DNA of 63,916 nt, the filler included, from Phoronis australis (taxonomy: Eukaryota > Animalia > Phoronida): assembly GCA_002633005.1 (NCBI GenBank). It is 8 parts of 8 records of this genome, joined end to end, with 100 filler letters (N's around TTAATTAATTAA, not from the genome) between each part and the next. Parts side by side here need not be neighbours in the genome. Positions count along the whole stretch, not along the records: positions 23,184 to 52,239 come from NMRA01001244.1; positions 52,340 to 55,186 come from NMRA01003381.1; 6 more parts are not named here. One strand, given 5' to 3'. Positions 41,301-53,532 of the stretch are shown piece by piece. The notes under the pieces are model-generated. The model ran no database searches and was not told the DNA's origin. It was given only the letters and a program-made list of their open reading frames with translations. The first letter of the stretch is position 1. Each line of letters begins with the position of its first letter. Both the position numbers and the translations under genes were made by a program.

Positions 41301-44224
41301 ATGTTTTTTTCTGAAAATCATCGCTACCTATGTTACAGAGAACTGCTAACTACACCTGTAGTTAATACAGACGACCCACTCAATTACAGGGTCAAGATAC
41401 TGTATAAACACGCTCATTCCTGAGAAGAAAAACTCGTTATAAGCTAAAGAATTAGAAACTCTTCTTTTTGCTTAATGCATGTTTTTCAGGTGTTGTTGTC
41501 GATCGAGTTAAAATGCATTTACTCCCTGATATTCAAAAGGTCTATTTGGCGGGACGTTAAATCGGAGAATATACATGCCTTCCTTGGACTACTGCTTCCA
41601 ATCTTTTTCACGCGCGCACCCAGCCTTTAATATGGGAGGGGGGCTCGAATTTCAGAGGATGTGGACCCTTTACATACAAAAAAGCCGAAGGACTAAAAAA
41701 AAACGGGGTACCACGTCTCGAAAGCTCCGACTATATAACAAATAAATAATTGCACCAATATAAAGATATGCCTCTACTGATCATTAATTTATTCAACAAA
41801 ATTTTACTGACAGGAGCCTACCCTTCTATTTGAAACTGCGATTATGGTACCCAATTAGACAAGAATTCAGAATCACTGCAGTCTTTCTTTAGAAGTGAAT
41901 AAAATGTACAAGAACCTCATTTTCAATAACTTAAAATAAGTAACAAATTTTACTTTGGTTTTATGAGTGAAAAGAGTACTACATCTCTCCTGTTTAAAGT
42001 TGTTCATGAGATACGATAACAATATGAAAAAATGGGTTTAATGTTGGATAATTAATCCCCATTTGACAAGGTTTCACAAGATCTCTTCTTGTACAAAGTT
42101 GTCTCTTATCGAATATTCCATACTCTGCATACACTCTTCACTTCCCACATGACATGTAAATGTATCTATCTAATCGGGTAGCACGACCACTTGTAGATGA
42201 CGTATTTTCTAAACCAGGTTTTGTTTATGAAGGGTACGGAAACCTGGTCTCCCTTTTATTCTCTACATCAATTACAGACTTCTAAAAGCACCCATGACAT
42301 AGTCAGTGATAGAGCCAAATTTTATCCAAATCTCCAAACCATCCCAAGAACCAACAACAACTGAATCTTGGTTAGGCTCAGGACTCGTAAAAGGTACACA
42401 CATGTAAACTTCAAGGCTGAGATAATGTGTTAGTCTAGAATCCCCAATTGTACACTGGCCTATTCTTATTTGGGTCTGGATGGTGAAATTATTACCCAAA
42501 AACACTGGTAAAGACATCTAACCATACTAGAAAATGATGAAATGTCATTTAAACCACACTGACGAGTCCGTGCGCAAAAAAAATCTAATCAACTTATTGA
42601 AAACTGTACAGTGTATCGCAGCTTAAATGCAAGTTTTAAATCGTCTGACACGTACATACGATTTAAACATTTGACTATGGTGATATAATGCACCAAGTAC
42701 ATGTAGATTTCGCGGGAACTTTTGCTTGAGCTGGACAGACTATATTATCAAGCCTGCAATAATCACTACTGGTGTCATGAATATAGTCAAAAATCTTAAG
42801 TCGTCCAAAATGCAATTGTAATGAAAATTGCATTTCGGTAATAACATCTCAACAAAGTAAATGATATAAGCAAAACAAAATTCGAATACCACTCGATCTG
42901 GGTAGAGTTCAAAAACGCTAGGAACTCGCTAGGCTATTCGCGAGATTACGGCGTGTATTTTAAAAGAGAACACGTGAATTTGGATAGTTTTTCGAAGCCC
43001 GAGACAGCTACCGATCTCTACCAGGGTCTCTTTCAGCATGCCTTCTCTAGTTCCGCAATCTTACAGTCGAGCCACTCGTAAATCCACAATAACCAAAGCA
43101 TAGATACATGTCACACCCTCCCAATATACACACGGAATTTAGAATTTATATATCATTATTAAATTCATTTCATACAACACTTTTTTTTACAGAATAAAGT
43201 CTTTCTTCCTATAGTCCTATACCGCCGCACAATAACAAAGGAAATCTGTCAACAGATTCAGGTCAAGATTATTGTTAAACTCTAAAAATCTAAAAAAGTC
43301 GGACCCACTTTTCAAAAACTGTCTCTCCGGTGCAACTGTGGTCTGCCCAAATCGGCCAGTTTCTAATTGTTTGCACTATCATCGACCGTTTTCAGGATCC
43401 TTCTGGCGGACCCTGGAGACAGTCGACGATATTGCAGGAAAATTTAATAGCATTCCATGGTAAATATATTTTTTGATCACTGATTCTCATGACTATCCCA
43501 ATAGCGTCTATAAAGTGCTTCTTAGTGAAGTGGCCAGCATTTCCATACTAAACCGTCTTTATACGATAACTTGATTATATTTTTTCTCACCGACATACTA
43601 CCGTAAATCAAGAAAAACATCTGCAATATTTACAACTTTTGCATATAAATGTGAATATTTTGTTATTACAGTTGTAATGTTACTACGATGTTCACCTGTT
43701 GCTTTGGTTATAGAAATATTCAACATAAAACCAGGAAAGCAATGCCATCCTGATGAAACGTGTAACAATGGTCGTTTCTTTAAAAAGGTGCACTTCAAGC
43801 CAATGATGATAATACGAGCGTTTATGTGTGAATACTCACCCACGAAGTAAGTTCTTGGTCCACATCCCACCCACGATTTATATATTTCACAAGTTCAGAA
43901 CAATTGCCATTGCTTGCAGCTGCTTGAACCTGAAAATAATAACAAAAACAGATTTTAAATCACGTAGTCTCCATTCACTACCAGCATGGAATCATCCTTA
44001 CAAGCAGAGAGCTTTCAAAGATGATATGAACAGTCCGGGAGGGCTTGGGTTGTTCATGGATCTTGACGCTGAAGACTGTATGAAAACCTTTTCAAACTGT
44101 GACCCATGCTCATATCAAAGCTTCATAATAACCCTGCATTTATACAAACTTTACAAACGAGAAACACATGTATCTGTCTCCTTCTGACTCATTGTGTCCA
44201 CGTTGACCTTCGTGTCCATTTCAC
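23395..44224 (-). CDS. Ankyrin-repeat / FAM111-like trypsin-type serine protease fusion, 3' end not resolved before the gap. Exons: 44155-44224, 44002-44068, 43840-43929, 32977-33072, 30777-30878, 26750-26848, 26121-26219, 25516-25744, 23395-23622
   Basis: ANK exons VQAAASNGN..., GWTALQYAALEGHTEV..., NGDTTLHLASQSGKAAVVELLV, EGNTSLHIASSRGHLEVVELLL, VGQTAYDV; then a linker exon and LKSVVLL...GVGSGFRVGRNYVITNYHV. All splice sites are GT-AG and phase-compatible. The two 5'-most exons are less certain. Confidence 0.8.
24340..25115. repeat. Local duplication (about 24350-24660 vs 24720-25115) with an expanded 30-bp unit, 4 copies (24866-24985)
   Basis: Units TCTATCACACGTGACTCAGAATGGCAGTAG; shared flanks. 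Confidence 0.85.
31505..32560. repeat. Intronic direct duplication (about 400 bp, offset about 657 bp)
   Basis: 31505-31900 is closely similar to 32165-32555; ORFs 31575 and 32142 are paralogous by-products. Confidence 0.85.
33498..35197. repeat. About 850-bp tandem duplication joined at a single N (34346)
   Basis: Two highly similar copies; each holds the palindrome TCGCGTGTACACGCGA. Confidence 0.85.
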
Positions 44225-44457
44225 CTACTGAAACCATTTTACCACTATTTTCATTTCCACCTATTATGTTCAATTTCAGCTGCCCATAACGTGCTGCCTA
44301 CTGCAATTGGTATCCTGCCCTCTCAAACATGCCCTTCAGTACCATTTAGGGGGCATCGTCTCGAGTTGTTCTTTGCTCATTCACGTAGCATCTCGCTATG
44401 TGTTTGGTTGTTCAGATATCGGCTAGGGTATTTATTAAGGATTTTGTGGCGTCATCT

Positions 44458-44487
44458 CGTTGTTGTTGTTGTTGTTGTTGTTGTTGT
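44458..44487. repeat. (GTT)n microsatellite
   Basis: Seen directly; the adjacent roughly 90 bp is duplicated across the N at 44567. Confidence 0.9.
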
Positions 44488-45888
44488 CATAACAAATCCT
44501 AGAAATACTAACAGAATGACAGCATTTAAAGCGACTGGGTGGGTTTAACAAATGAGTCAACGTGGANTGTTGTTGTCATAACAAATCCTAGAAATACTAA
44601 CAGAATGACAGCATTTAAAGCGACTGGGTGGGTTTAACAAATGAGTCAACGTGGACCACCACCTTTATTATAACCTTGTATCAGCAGTGCTGCAGCGATG
44701 AATTTTGTGGGACTGAAAACCCGCGAAACTCTGTGAATCAACGTGAGCTTAGAATTTTGGACTGTAAGGAACGCAGACAACGTGGAGCTCATCCTTTATT
44801 TCATCAAATACTGGATTTTAACTTGACGTATCGTTTGATTTAGATCCTCTCTGCGACATAACACCATCACTCGACTTTACTCAATGTCCCCGCCCTCACC
44901 CTACCTGTTTTGCCACCCCCTTCCTCCTTGCCTCCTTGCTCGTAACAATAAGTTCTCCGTGTTATGCCAGTTCCCATTTTTTTCTAATTACCTGTCGTCA
45001 GTACATGTATTTCTTTTTTACTGTTTGTTCTTGATTCTTGCCCGTTCTTTGCTTAAGGTCATTTGAGACCCTCGAAATCTATGATGGTCAAATCTTGCTC
45101 ACGTTGGAATACAATATCTCACATACGGTATGTGTCATCGGATTCATATGAATCTCTCACACATAGTAACTGATGCGCTGTTCTCCAGAATCTTGTTAGT
45201 ATTTGTGATTCATTTTTTGCAAAAATCGAAAGAGGCACTAAACTAAAAGGAAATTATAATTTACAAATTAAACTGCAGTTCATTTTTTGAGACTTTATGG
45301 TGTACATTGATACCAAACAGAATTCAGTAATGTTATTGAATCCGTACATGTAGTTTTGCTATGAATGTAGGTTTTATGCGAAAGTTTTCTAAAACGACAT
45401 ACATGTAGTCACAAGAACCCATTACTTCAAACTGGTATCAAGTCAAGAATCAAATTCTACCTTCATATAGGGACGTTTACTACGTTAAACATGCCATTTT
45501 GTAGATATTTGACTAAATTCACCTACAAGTCCATAGCGCCCTAAGATAATCTTCAACTTGGAGGTTTTCCTGCCACACCAGTCCATTTCTTAATGTTCCC
45601 CTTCAGTTAAAGGAACCCAATCCTATTTTATGGACACACGATAGTGCAGTGGCGAAAGCCTGTCAGTCACGTGAAAGTTTAGTAGTATTGTGATTGGCAT
45701 GGGTTTTGGACCCAGACACAGCTGGTTTGACAATTCAGTCAGCATAAGCCAAGAACCTGAAAGATGATAAAACTTTCCAAGTATAACGTGAGTCGAGGAA
45801 ACGTTTTTATCCGTGGAATCGTGGCTTCTTTTTGATTGGCCAATTGACAATGACGATTCCATCTTTCATGGTTTCGCGGAGAACTCAC

Positions 45889-46007
45889 TTGCTAAACCAA
45901 CGAACGTCGAGCACAAAGAAACAATTGAAATCATCAGCAGCAGTATAGCTTTCAACTGCGCTGGGATTTTGCCGGGTTGACTTGCTGTAGAATGAAGTGT
46001 TCTAGCA
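45889..46007 (-). CDS. Candidate upstream hydrophobic exon of the ANK-protease gene
   Basis: Acceptor ttttcag, donor gtgagt; one open frame ARTLHSTASQPGKIPAQLKAILLLMISIVSLCSTFVGLA; its phase-1 end fits exon 44155-44224. Confidence 0.4.
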
Positions 46008-49000
46008 CTGAAAATACGCTCTACGTTTAAAGCAAATTCAAGTTAACTTGTTAAATGCATTCATCGTCATTATTTTGACACTTGTCTCTTTATTTTGATA
46101 CCAGTCCTTAGGGTTTATTTTGCATTACTCATCTCTATTTATAGCCTCAAGGTTATACTTTTGTATTCATACATTTCTCTACGCGACTCCTGATTGGTCG
46201 CCCATATTTCCTTTGTTCAGTTCAACGTGGTCTCTCATTCAGCCACCTACCTCGTCGTCTACAAGACCTACGTTCGTTCTCTTCATTTTTTCCCCACCAC
46301 CCATCCCGTGTGTCGGTTCCACTTTCTCTTTTCTCATATACATTTCCTGTTAGGTTTTTTCAAGTTTTGTGTTCATGTTCTGTACTTTTCCTTTAAGCCC
46401 TTCAGGCAGTTCTTTTGTTTTGTTCCCTCTTTCAGGGCTATTCATTGTACACGCCGGTGGGCGTTTTGTCCACGCCCATCTTGCAGAGTCTTAGTTAGTT
46501 TTATCTATTTACGTCATAATAAATGACAATATTCGCAATCCTCCTCTTGTTTTACTCTGCAACATAGCTCGTGGCGTACCCCGGGCAAAACAGATTACGA
46601 TAAATAACGTTGGGTTTTGCGTCTGCGTGCGTCTACGCCTCACGATTCCGTAACTAACAGTGCGTAGACTAACATAAAAATGGTGGTGCTCTGTGTCTGT
46701 GTATATTTATCCCCCACTACACCACTGCACCAGCACACGAAGAGATGGAGTCTTCTATAATAATACAGTTAGCCCCTGCTGATGGTGGTCCTCGGACGGG
46801 GCTCCCCATATTAGTACAGGAGCCTCTACTCTTGGTAACCTTGGGGGGAACCTGTATTAATATAGGCTGTCCAATTTTCAGGCTCGAAAATTATTTTTGC
46901 TCATTTAGTTTAAAAATAATAAGCTATTTAAAACAATAAGCGGTTCTTACCTACTTCTGCTTTTAAATAGTATTCACTAAGTTTAAAAATTCATCCCTGG
47001 CAGTCGCATTATTCTGGTATGATTGCTACACCCTAATACATAGATTTGGACTAAATTCAAGTCCCGATAAATATCTCCATGTATTACTTCTGTATTCAAA
47101 AATAAGTTTATCGATGTCGATGTAAAAATGAGAGTTGTCTTTGTTCGGCGCATAACGATTGATTACATTACCCAGAATATTTTCCCAATGATGATGACTT
47201 CAATAGCTATAGATTTTACGGCAAATTCTCACTTGTCTGACTAATTCCTAATCAAAATGAGTATCCTACATGCAGTACACATACAATATGGCTTCATGGT
47301 CTCATGACTTATGTTAATTCTGATAATGAATAATTACATTCAATTTATCTTGAAAGTCGACCAAAACATTATATTTTACAATCTTTTTCAACATACGTAC
47401 ACCACTCAGATAATCAATAGATATACAGTTGGTACACCGTCAGGTTTTACCCCTTGTTGCGAGTCAATGGCAACATGAGAGTCAATCTTAGATATAAAGG
47501 CCCTAAGTGCTTATCTCGACATAATCTAAAAAATTACCTCAAATGGGCGCTCCATATATCATTTAACTGGATTACATCAAAAGCTGAAATCCAGAGTATA
47601 AGTGAGTTCTAGTTAATAGTGGTTATACAAATTATTTTGTTGATAACTAAGTAAAGGGCAAACTGAGCGTGTTAGCCGGTACCTCAAGGTCGCGTGATTC
47701 AACAAAAGTCAAGTTTTGGGTTATTGGCATTCCAAGATTTATTATGAAAAAGCCACTGAAATAAAAAATACAATTGCTTAAGGAAAGTACAGTCTTCAAC
47801 TTCCAGTTTAAGAATTTTCGCGGAGCGCTCGGTTCTGGCTGCTTTGTATGATAACGCGGTGTTGTAAACTACAGGACTGTCTTTTGTATATATTTCCTAG
47901 AACGAGCGCGGTATAAAATCAATAATAAGACACTGAAGTGAAAAAACAAGAAACCGTAAGTAGCGCCACCTCTTCGTTGAAAAAGTAAACAGTACTAGCT
48001 GATGGTTGCGAGAAATCACTTCACGAGAGTGGCATTTTCCCAAGTACCATTCCTAGAGAAATTGCCCTTTATTTCCATCAAAATTTCTTTTAAATGAGAC
48101 TTTTTTCTCATAATTCCTACAAAACCTTTTCCGACTTGATTACCCTTAAAACGACTTACTTTCAAGTACGAGACTTAACTGGAAAGATTGGGCTCCAATG
48201 TCCAATATCAAACGTCAATGTTATACATGTATTGACAAATTTTTGTTGCAACAGCTGCACTCATTGTTCGGTTGCTTTCAGGATCAATAAATAAAAACGC
48301 AGCTGTACATGAACTCTTACGAAAAAAGTAGCTTCTGAAAGATAACATTTTCATTGAAGCTTCTGCCTCGTAAATCTGCCCCTTTTTCAAGTCCTATCTC
48401 AAAATGAATGAGTATCCTAATTTGTTGACCTGAATCAATCCCATTTGTCAAGCATCCCCTCTCTCAATTATGATTGATCAACAAACGGGTGAAAGACGTC
48501 GAGGAAGCAGCCTGTATACAATTCGTCTTAGCATAACAAGTAAAGACAATTAGTGAAGGATTCCTATGTACTAATCTGGTTTTGTTAAAAAAACGTCTCG
48601 TTTGCTATACGGAAGCTTACATTTTCACTACGTGTATGCCATGTATTGATGAACAAAACCACTTCATGGTTTTCCAAAGATCAGACTCGGAATTGCAATC
48701 ACAACCATAAGTAAACCACCAAAACGGAATTTTATGTGAGTTTAAAAACATCATGACGGACTTCTATGTGTGTTTAAAAATGTTGGCTAGTAGTGCAGGA
48801 TATGTCGACTTCTTGAATATGTGAATTCATAGGTCACTAGCGGGTAAGGCATCATGAAGTGAAAGACCGGTTACGTGTCTGCAAACTTATAGTACACTCT
48901 ACTTCAAAGACTGAGGTTTACATCGATATGCATTGAATATATAGGGGCACATGCGAATAAGTATACGGTAGTTGACAAACAACTAAGTTGAACTCCGACC

Positions 49001-50191
49001 GATGTGAAAAAGGGACATGTAGAGTCTATTGGCAAGAAATGGGTACGTTACACTACATTAAAAAACTTCCTCACTTTCCAGGATCTAAAGCACTAGCACG
49101 GACATGTCGCTTACGCAAGTACTACTGAGACACTGTACAATATGAACCTGATGCATTTGACCCGGTAACAAATGATAACGTAGTACGCAGACTGCATCAT
49201 GTGAAAGCAAACAGTTGATTTATCGCGAGCTTGTACAGAGTTGTCATGGACAGTGTGAGCGCGAGTCAACATTCATTGTTTTTCTTGGCTTGGTATACAG
49301 TGGCATAACGTTATTTATAGAACATGACCTAAATTAGGACAACTGGACGGTTGCCATTAACCAATGAGAGCGGTCTTGCTTCGCGAGGTCTTGCTTCATA
49401 GCCGAGATTTATAGTCTTCTCAGAAGTGAACGTAGAATGCAATAATTAACGTTCCACTATGAAATGCGCACACAGACCTACACTCAACAACGCACAAATG
49501 CCATGAGCCGTGAATACTTGTGAGTCTACATTCACAGCGCTTTTCTTGAGCTTGACAGAAGGCGTTCGGTGAGAAAGTTATTTGAAGAACACGACCTTAG
49601 TGAAAATATAGACGGTCACCTTAACCAGTCTCGTTTACAATACACCTGGCGAAAGCTGTGACATCACTGAAGTCAGTCTTACCCAGAAGTGAACGTATAC
49701 TCTAGGAGTTAACGCTCCACTACCGCAACATGCGTATATAGTTATTCTACCATCTACATTTTTAGAATGTAAGGATATCTTCAGCCTGACATGTTATTTG
49801 CAATGACAATATGGAGGGGAGTCCGAGTCCAGGTGAGGGCTATACTGATCTTGTTATGTCCAGACAAATCATAACAGCTCAAACCACACCTTCTAAACAC
49901 ACGTTGGCAACCAAATAGAATTTTTGAGTTGAGACAATAAAAAAAAACGGCGACCAGCTTGTGAAATAAGTGCATAAACCGGTAGAAGACATAAAATTTC
50001 AGGCTTGAGGAAGGGAGTGATTGATGGTTGGTTTGGTGTGACAACAATGGTTTGGTCTCTGCCAACAATCGAGTTTTATAAATGTCCATTGTCAAAAGGC
50101 ATGCATGAAACCAAACGTGCAGAGGTAGACTTTTATTATTTTCTATGAAGTGGTACTCACCCAGGCTCCGCCCCTCCTCTGCGGTGATATT

Positions 50192-50202
50192 GGGAAATTC
50201 CC
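50192..50202. promoter_or_regulatory. NF-kB consensus site GGGAAATTCCC; second copy at 52062-52071
   Basis: Exact GGGRNWYYCC match beside a GC box and a minus-strand splice donor (about 50155-50160); function untested. Confidence 0.35.
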
Positions 50203-53200
50203 AGTGCGACTGAATTAAGCCAGTTGCGACAGTACAAGGGTGTAACTTAAAATGTCTTTTGCCAACAACATTGACATGAATGTGGGTCTCAAAACGTCCA
50301 TTAACTTAACAAACCATTAAGTTGATTGTAAAGTCACGCTGATCGTCGACATAACGCCGCAGGTTAAACAATCAAACTTCAAAAGCCCGCCCTAAATAAA
50401 CATATTAAGCATACAAGATTTCAACGACTATGACAGGGGAGGGGCGAAAAGATGAAATGGTTTCTGAGAAAACTCCCACCTTCCACAATTCTGCCTCATC
50501 GAGATGTAAACGACATGATTCCTTGTTAGATGCCATGGTCTATGTCTGGTCGCTAGAATACCTGCGGTTCTTCTTCGTCCAGTGAATATTACGCAGCGAA
50601 CTGAAAGCAAAGCACTCCTCAGACTCAGTGGGTAATTCCGGAAGTTTCGATGAGTCATTGCTTAAATAGGTTATTGACAGCCAACAGGTGGCAGGTTAGG
50701 CTTATATCTGACAATACAGTTAGATAACAAATGTATATATACTCTGCGCAAGTGATCCTATTTTGAACTTAGTAGTAACCTGCACGGATTTTAAATGCAA
50801 CTTTCACCAATACCAGTGACACCAGCACTGTGTTGTTATCATAGACATCTTTATACTATACTTAACTCTAAACAGTACTGCAGCATACGCTCAGTTCCCG
50901 GGCCGTGCTGCGCGGCACACAAAACCCGTCCCGGCCCGCTGCACTACTGAGGCCTTCGTTGCCCCCGTTTCGGCACCGCCTTGGTCTCATGCAGCTTGGA
51001 ACCAGGTCCCAAGCACTGTAGAGGCCCTCTTTTTAGATTCGCGGTGTTACATTTTTTTCTTGCTGGACGGGATGTAAGATATTTCGGTGCCTGTAACGGG
51101 GAGCTGAACAACGGGCAAGTGCATGACGGCGTACTGTCGTTCAGCACTATTGAACTATTGCAGACGTGAGGGGTTTTGAACGTGTTTCCTTGGGAACTGC
51201 CTACCACAGTCTTTTGTCCCGTACGACAGGAAGGCCAATTATCTCTCCAAGGCTTCAAAGGCTTACTGAAACCTGGCGGAATGCCGAACTGTCAGGCTCA
51301 ATCTCGGTTGTAGTTGGGAGACTTTGGTGATTCAAAAACTAAATATGATCAGCATTTGACAAGAAATTCAGAAATGCTATTGGTTTTATGTTCAAATATG
51401 TTATAACTTAACTTTCTTTTTAGCAACACAGCCCAGTTGTCGGAGATTAGAGCCGTGAACGTAGGTTACCGAACTTAATCCAGGTGAAATCACCGAAGAC
51501 TGCCAGAGGCAAGTCTTCTCAGAAGTGTAGACTGTAGTAATTAACGTCTCACTATGACATGCACACATACTTAAAACTGTCTTATTTTTCTAAGTATAGT
51601 TTTTGGTATAGTTAAAAGTCGGTCGGACAGTGCACGCGGCGATGACAGAGGGATGAAAAGCGCAGGCCTATACTGATTTCCCCTTGTTTTCAATTCCATC
51701 CCGCATGTAACTCAGTCCAGTACAATTGAAACAGCTTAGATCACACATTTTAAACACACATGTGCTGCCAATCATACAGGACTTAAACAGATGAGACACA
51801 AGAAAAATATCTGGTGACCAATGAGAGTGCTTCGGCGCAGATAGGAATATTGTGATTGATGAGTTGCTTGGCCTGCCCGGCGAACCGACAAAATCTTTAA
51901 TTCAGTCGGCTACAGCCACTGGTATAGTCTAGTTATATAATGTTGACTGCCTAAAAGGATGCTCCAAGGCTTGCAGACATATAATGGATAGCCCGGCCTT
52001 CTACACCATTTTCTATACTAAGAAGTGTTCAACTCCCCTCGCCGCTTTGCCCCGTGACGTTGGGAAATTCCTAGTGTACGTGAAGCCATTTTTAGAGTAC
52101 GAGGTTCTCGAATCTTTTTGTCAACGCAAGGGCGAATTTATTTTTTCATCTCAGAATCTCGAAAGGTTCGCACAATAATAACTATACCGTTTGTATAGGC
52201 CTCGTGGCGGATCTAGGATACCGAGGGGGAGACGTACGCNNNNNNNNNNNNNNNNNNNNNNNNNNNNNNNNNNNNNNNNNNNNTTAATTAATTAANNNNN
52301 NNNNNNNNNNNNNNNNNNNNNNNNNNNNNNNNNNNNNNNTTAGAGGTCAATTCACAACTGAATTTGTCAACAATAGCAGTGTTTACCATGCGGGATGCAC
52401 ACAATTGTTATTGGCGGACATATTTTTACGTCGTTTATGTAGCCAGGACACGATGACTTCTCAAATTTTATTTTTCGTCCCATGATGACACTGCTAAATT
52501 ATACCTAAATTCATATTTAGAAATCACAAAGTACTATATTTTCTTCGAGTTTTACCTATTCAGAATTTGCTGGTTCGAATTTCCCTGATACTCTATCCGA
52601 CTTTCCCCACCTGCGTCTGAATTTTCCAAATTTTGACCATTATTATTATTCTTAAAATACGAAGGCGTTGAAACTGAACTAGTAACGAAAAATCTCATTG
52701 GTTGATTTCTCAAAAGATTTGTGAATATCTCATGACTAGTCAAATGTTATTAGTTGACACATTAACCTCCAATAGCAGTTAAGCAAAGTTAAGCTAGGTG
52801 TCTAGGATGAAAATCCTAACAGCTGCCTCATCCAACGTCTTTGAAAGTGGAAGTTATTGATAACCATTATTCCCTCATAGCAGCACCTTATTGCAATAAA
52901 CATGGCTAAAGGTAGCAAAGTGTAGTGAGTTCAATCAGGCAAAGTGGTATGGACAAAAACTTCAAAGCTGTTTTAAACCAACTTTCCAACAAAAAACGTT
53001 CGATCCAGACCACTTAAAAGTTAAGTCCAGTTTAATTGTGGTAAGTGGCCTAAATTTAATTCTTATGCCAAAAGCATGTTTATGGCACCTAAAAACTGAT
53101 TTACAGTCTGGGGCCCAGCTTATAATTATACGTCCACCACCTGACTAAGTCAAGCACCTGACTACAAGACCCCCCCAACTCCGACTTATGAGCGATAAAT

Positions 53201-53238
53201 CTTTCAGTTTAATCAATCAAAGAACTTCATGTGATTCG

Positions 53239-53532
53239 CAGTGTTATCATATACAGTGTGTCCCACAGTGTTATTGTACACAAAGTGTCCCGCAGTGCTA
53301 TCGTACACAGTGCGTACCACAGTGCTATCGTACACAGTGTGTCCCGCAGTGCTATCGTACACAGTGGGTCCCCCATTGCTATCGTACACAGTGTGTCCAA
53401 GTGCTATCGTACACAGTGTGTCCCGCAGTGCTATCGTACACAGTGTGTCCAGCAGTGCTATCGTACACAGTGTGTCCCGCAGTGTTATCGTACAAAGTGT
53501 GTCCCGCAGTGTTATCGTATACAGTGTGTCCC
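53239..53532. repeat. 27-bp minisatellite, about 11 copies
   Basis: Units CAGTGCTATCGTACACAGTGTGTCCCG; all ORFs here are repeat by-products. Confidence 0.95.
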
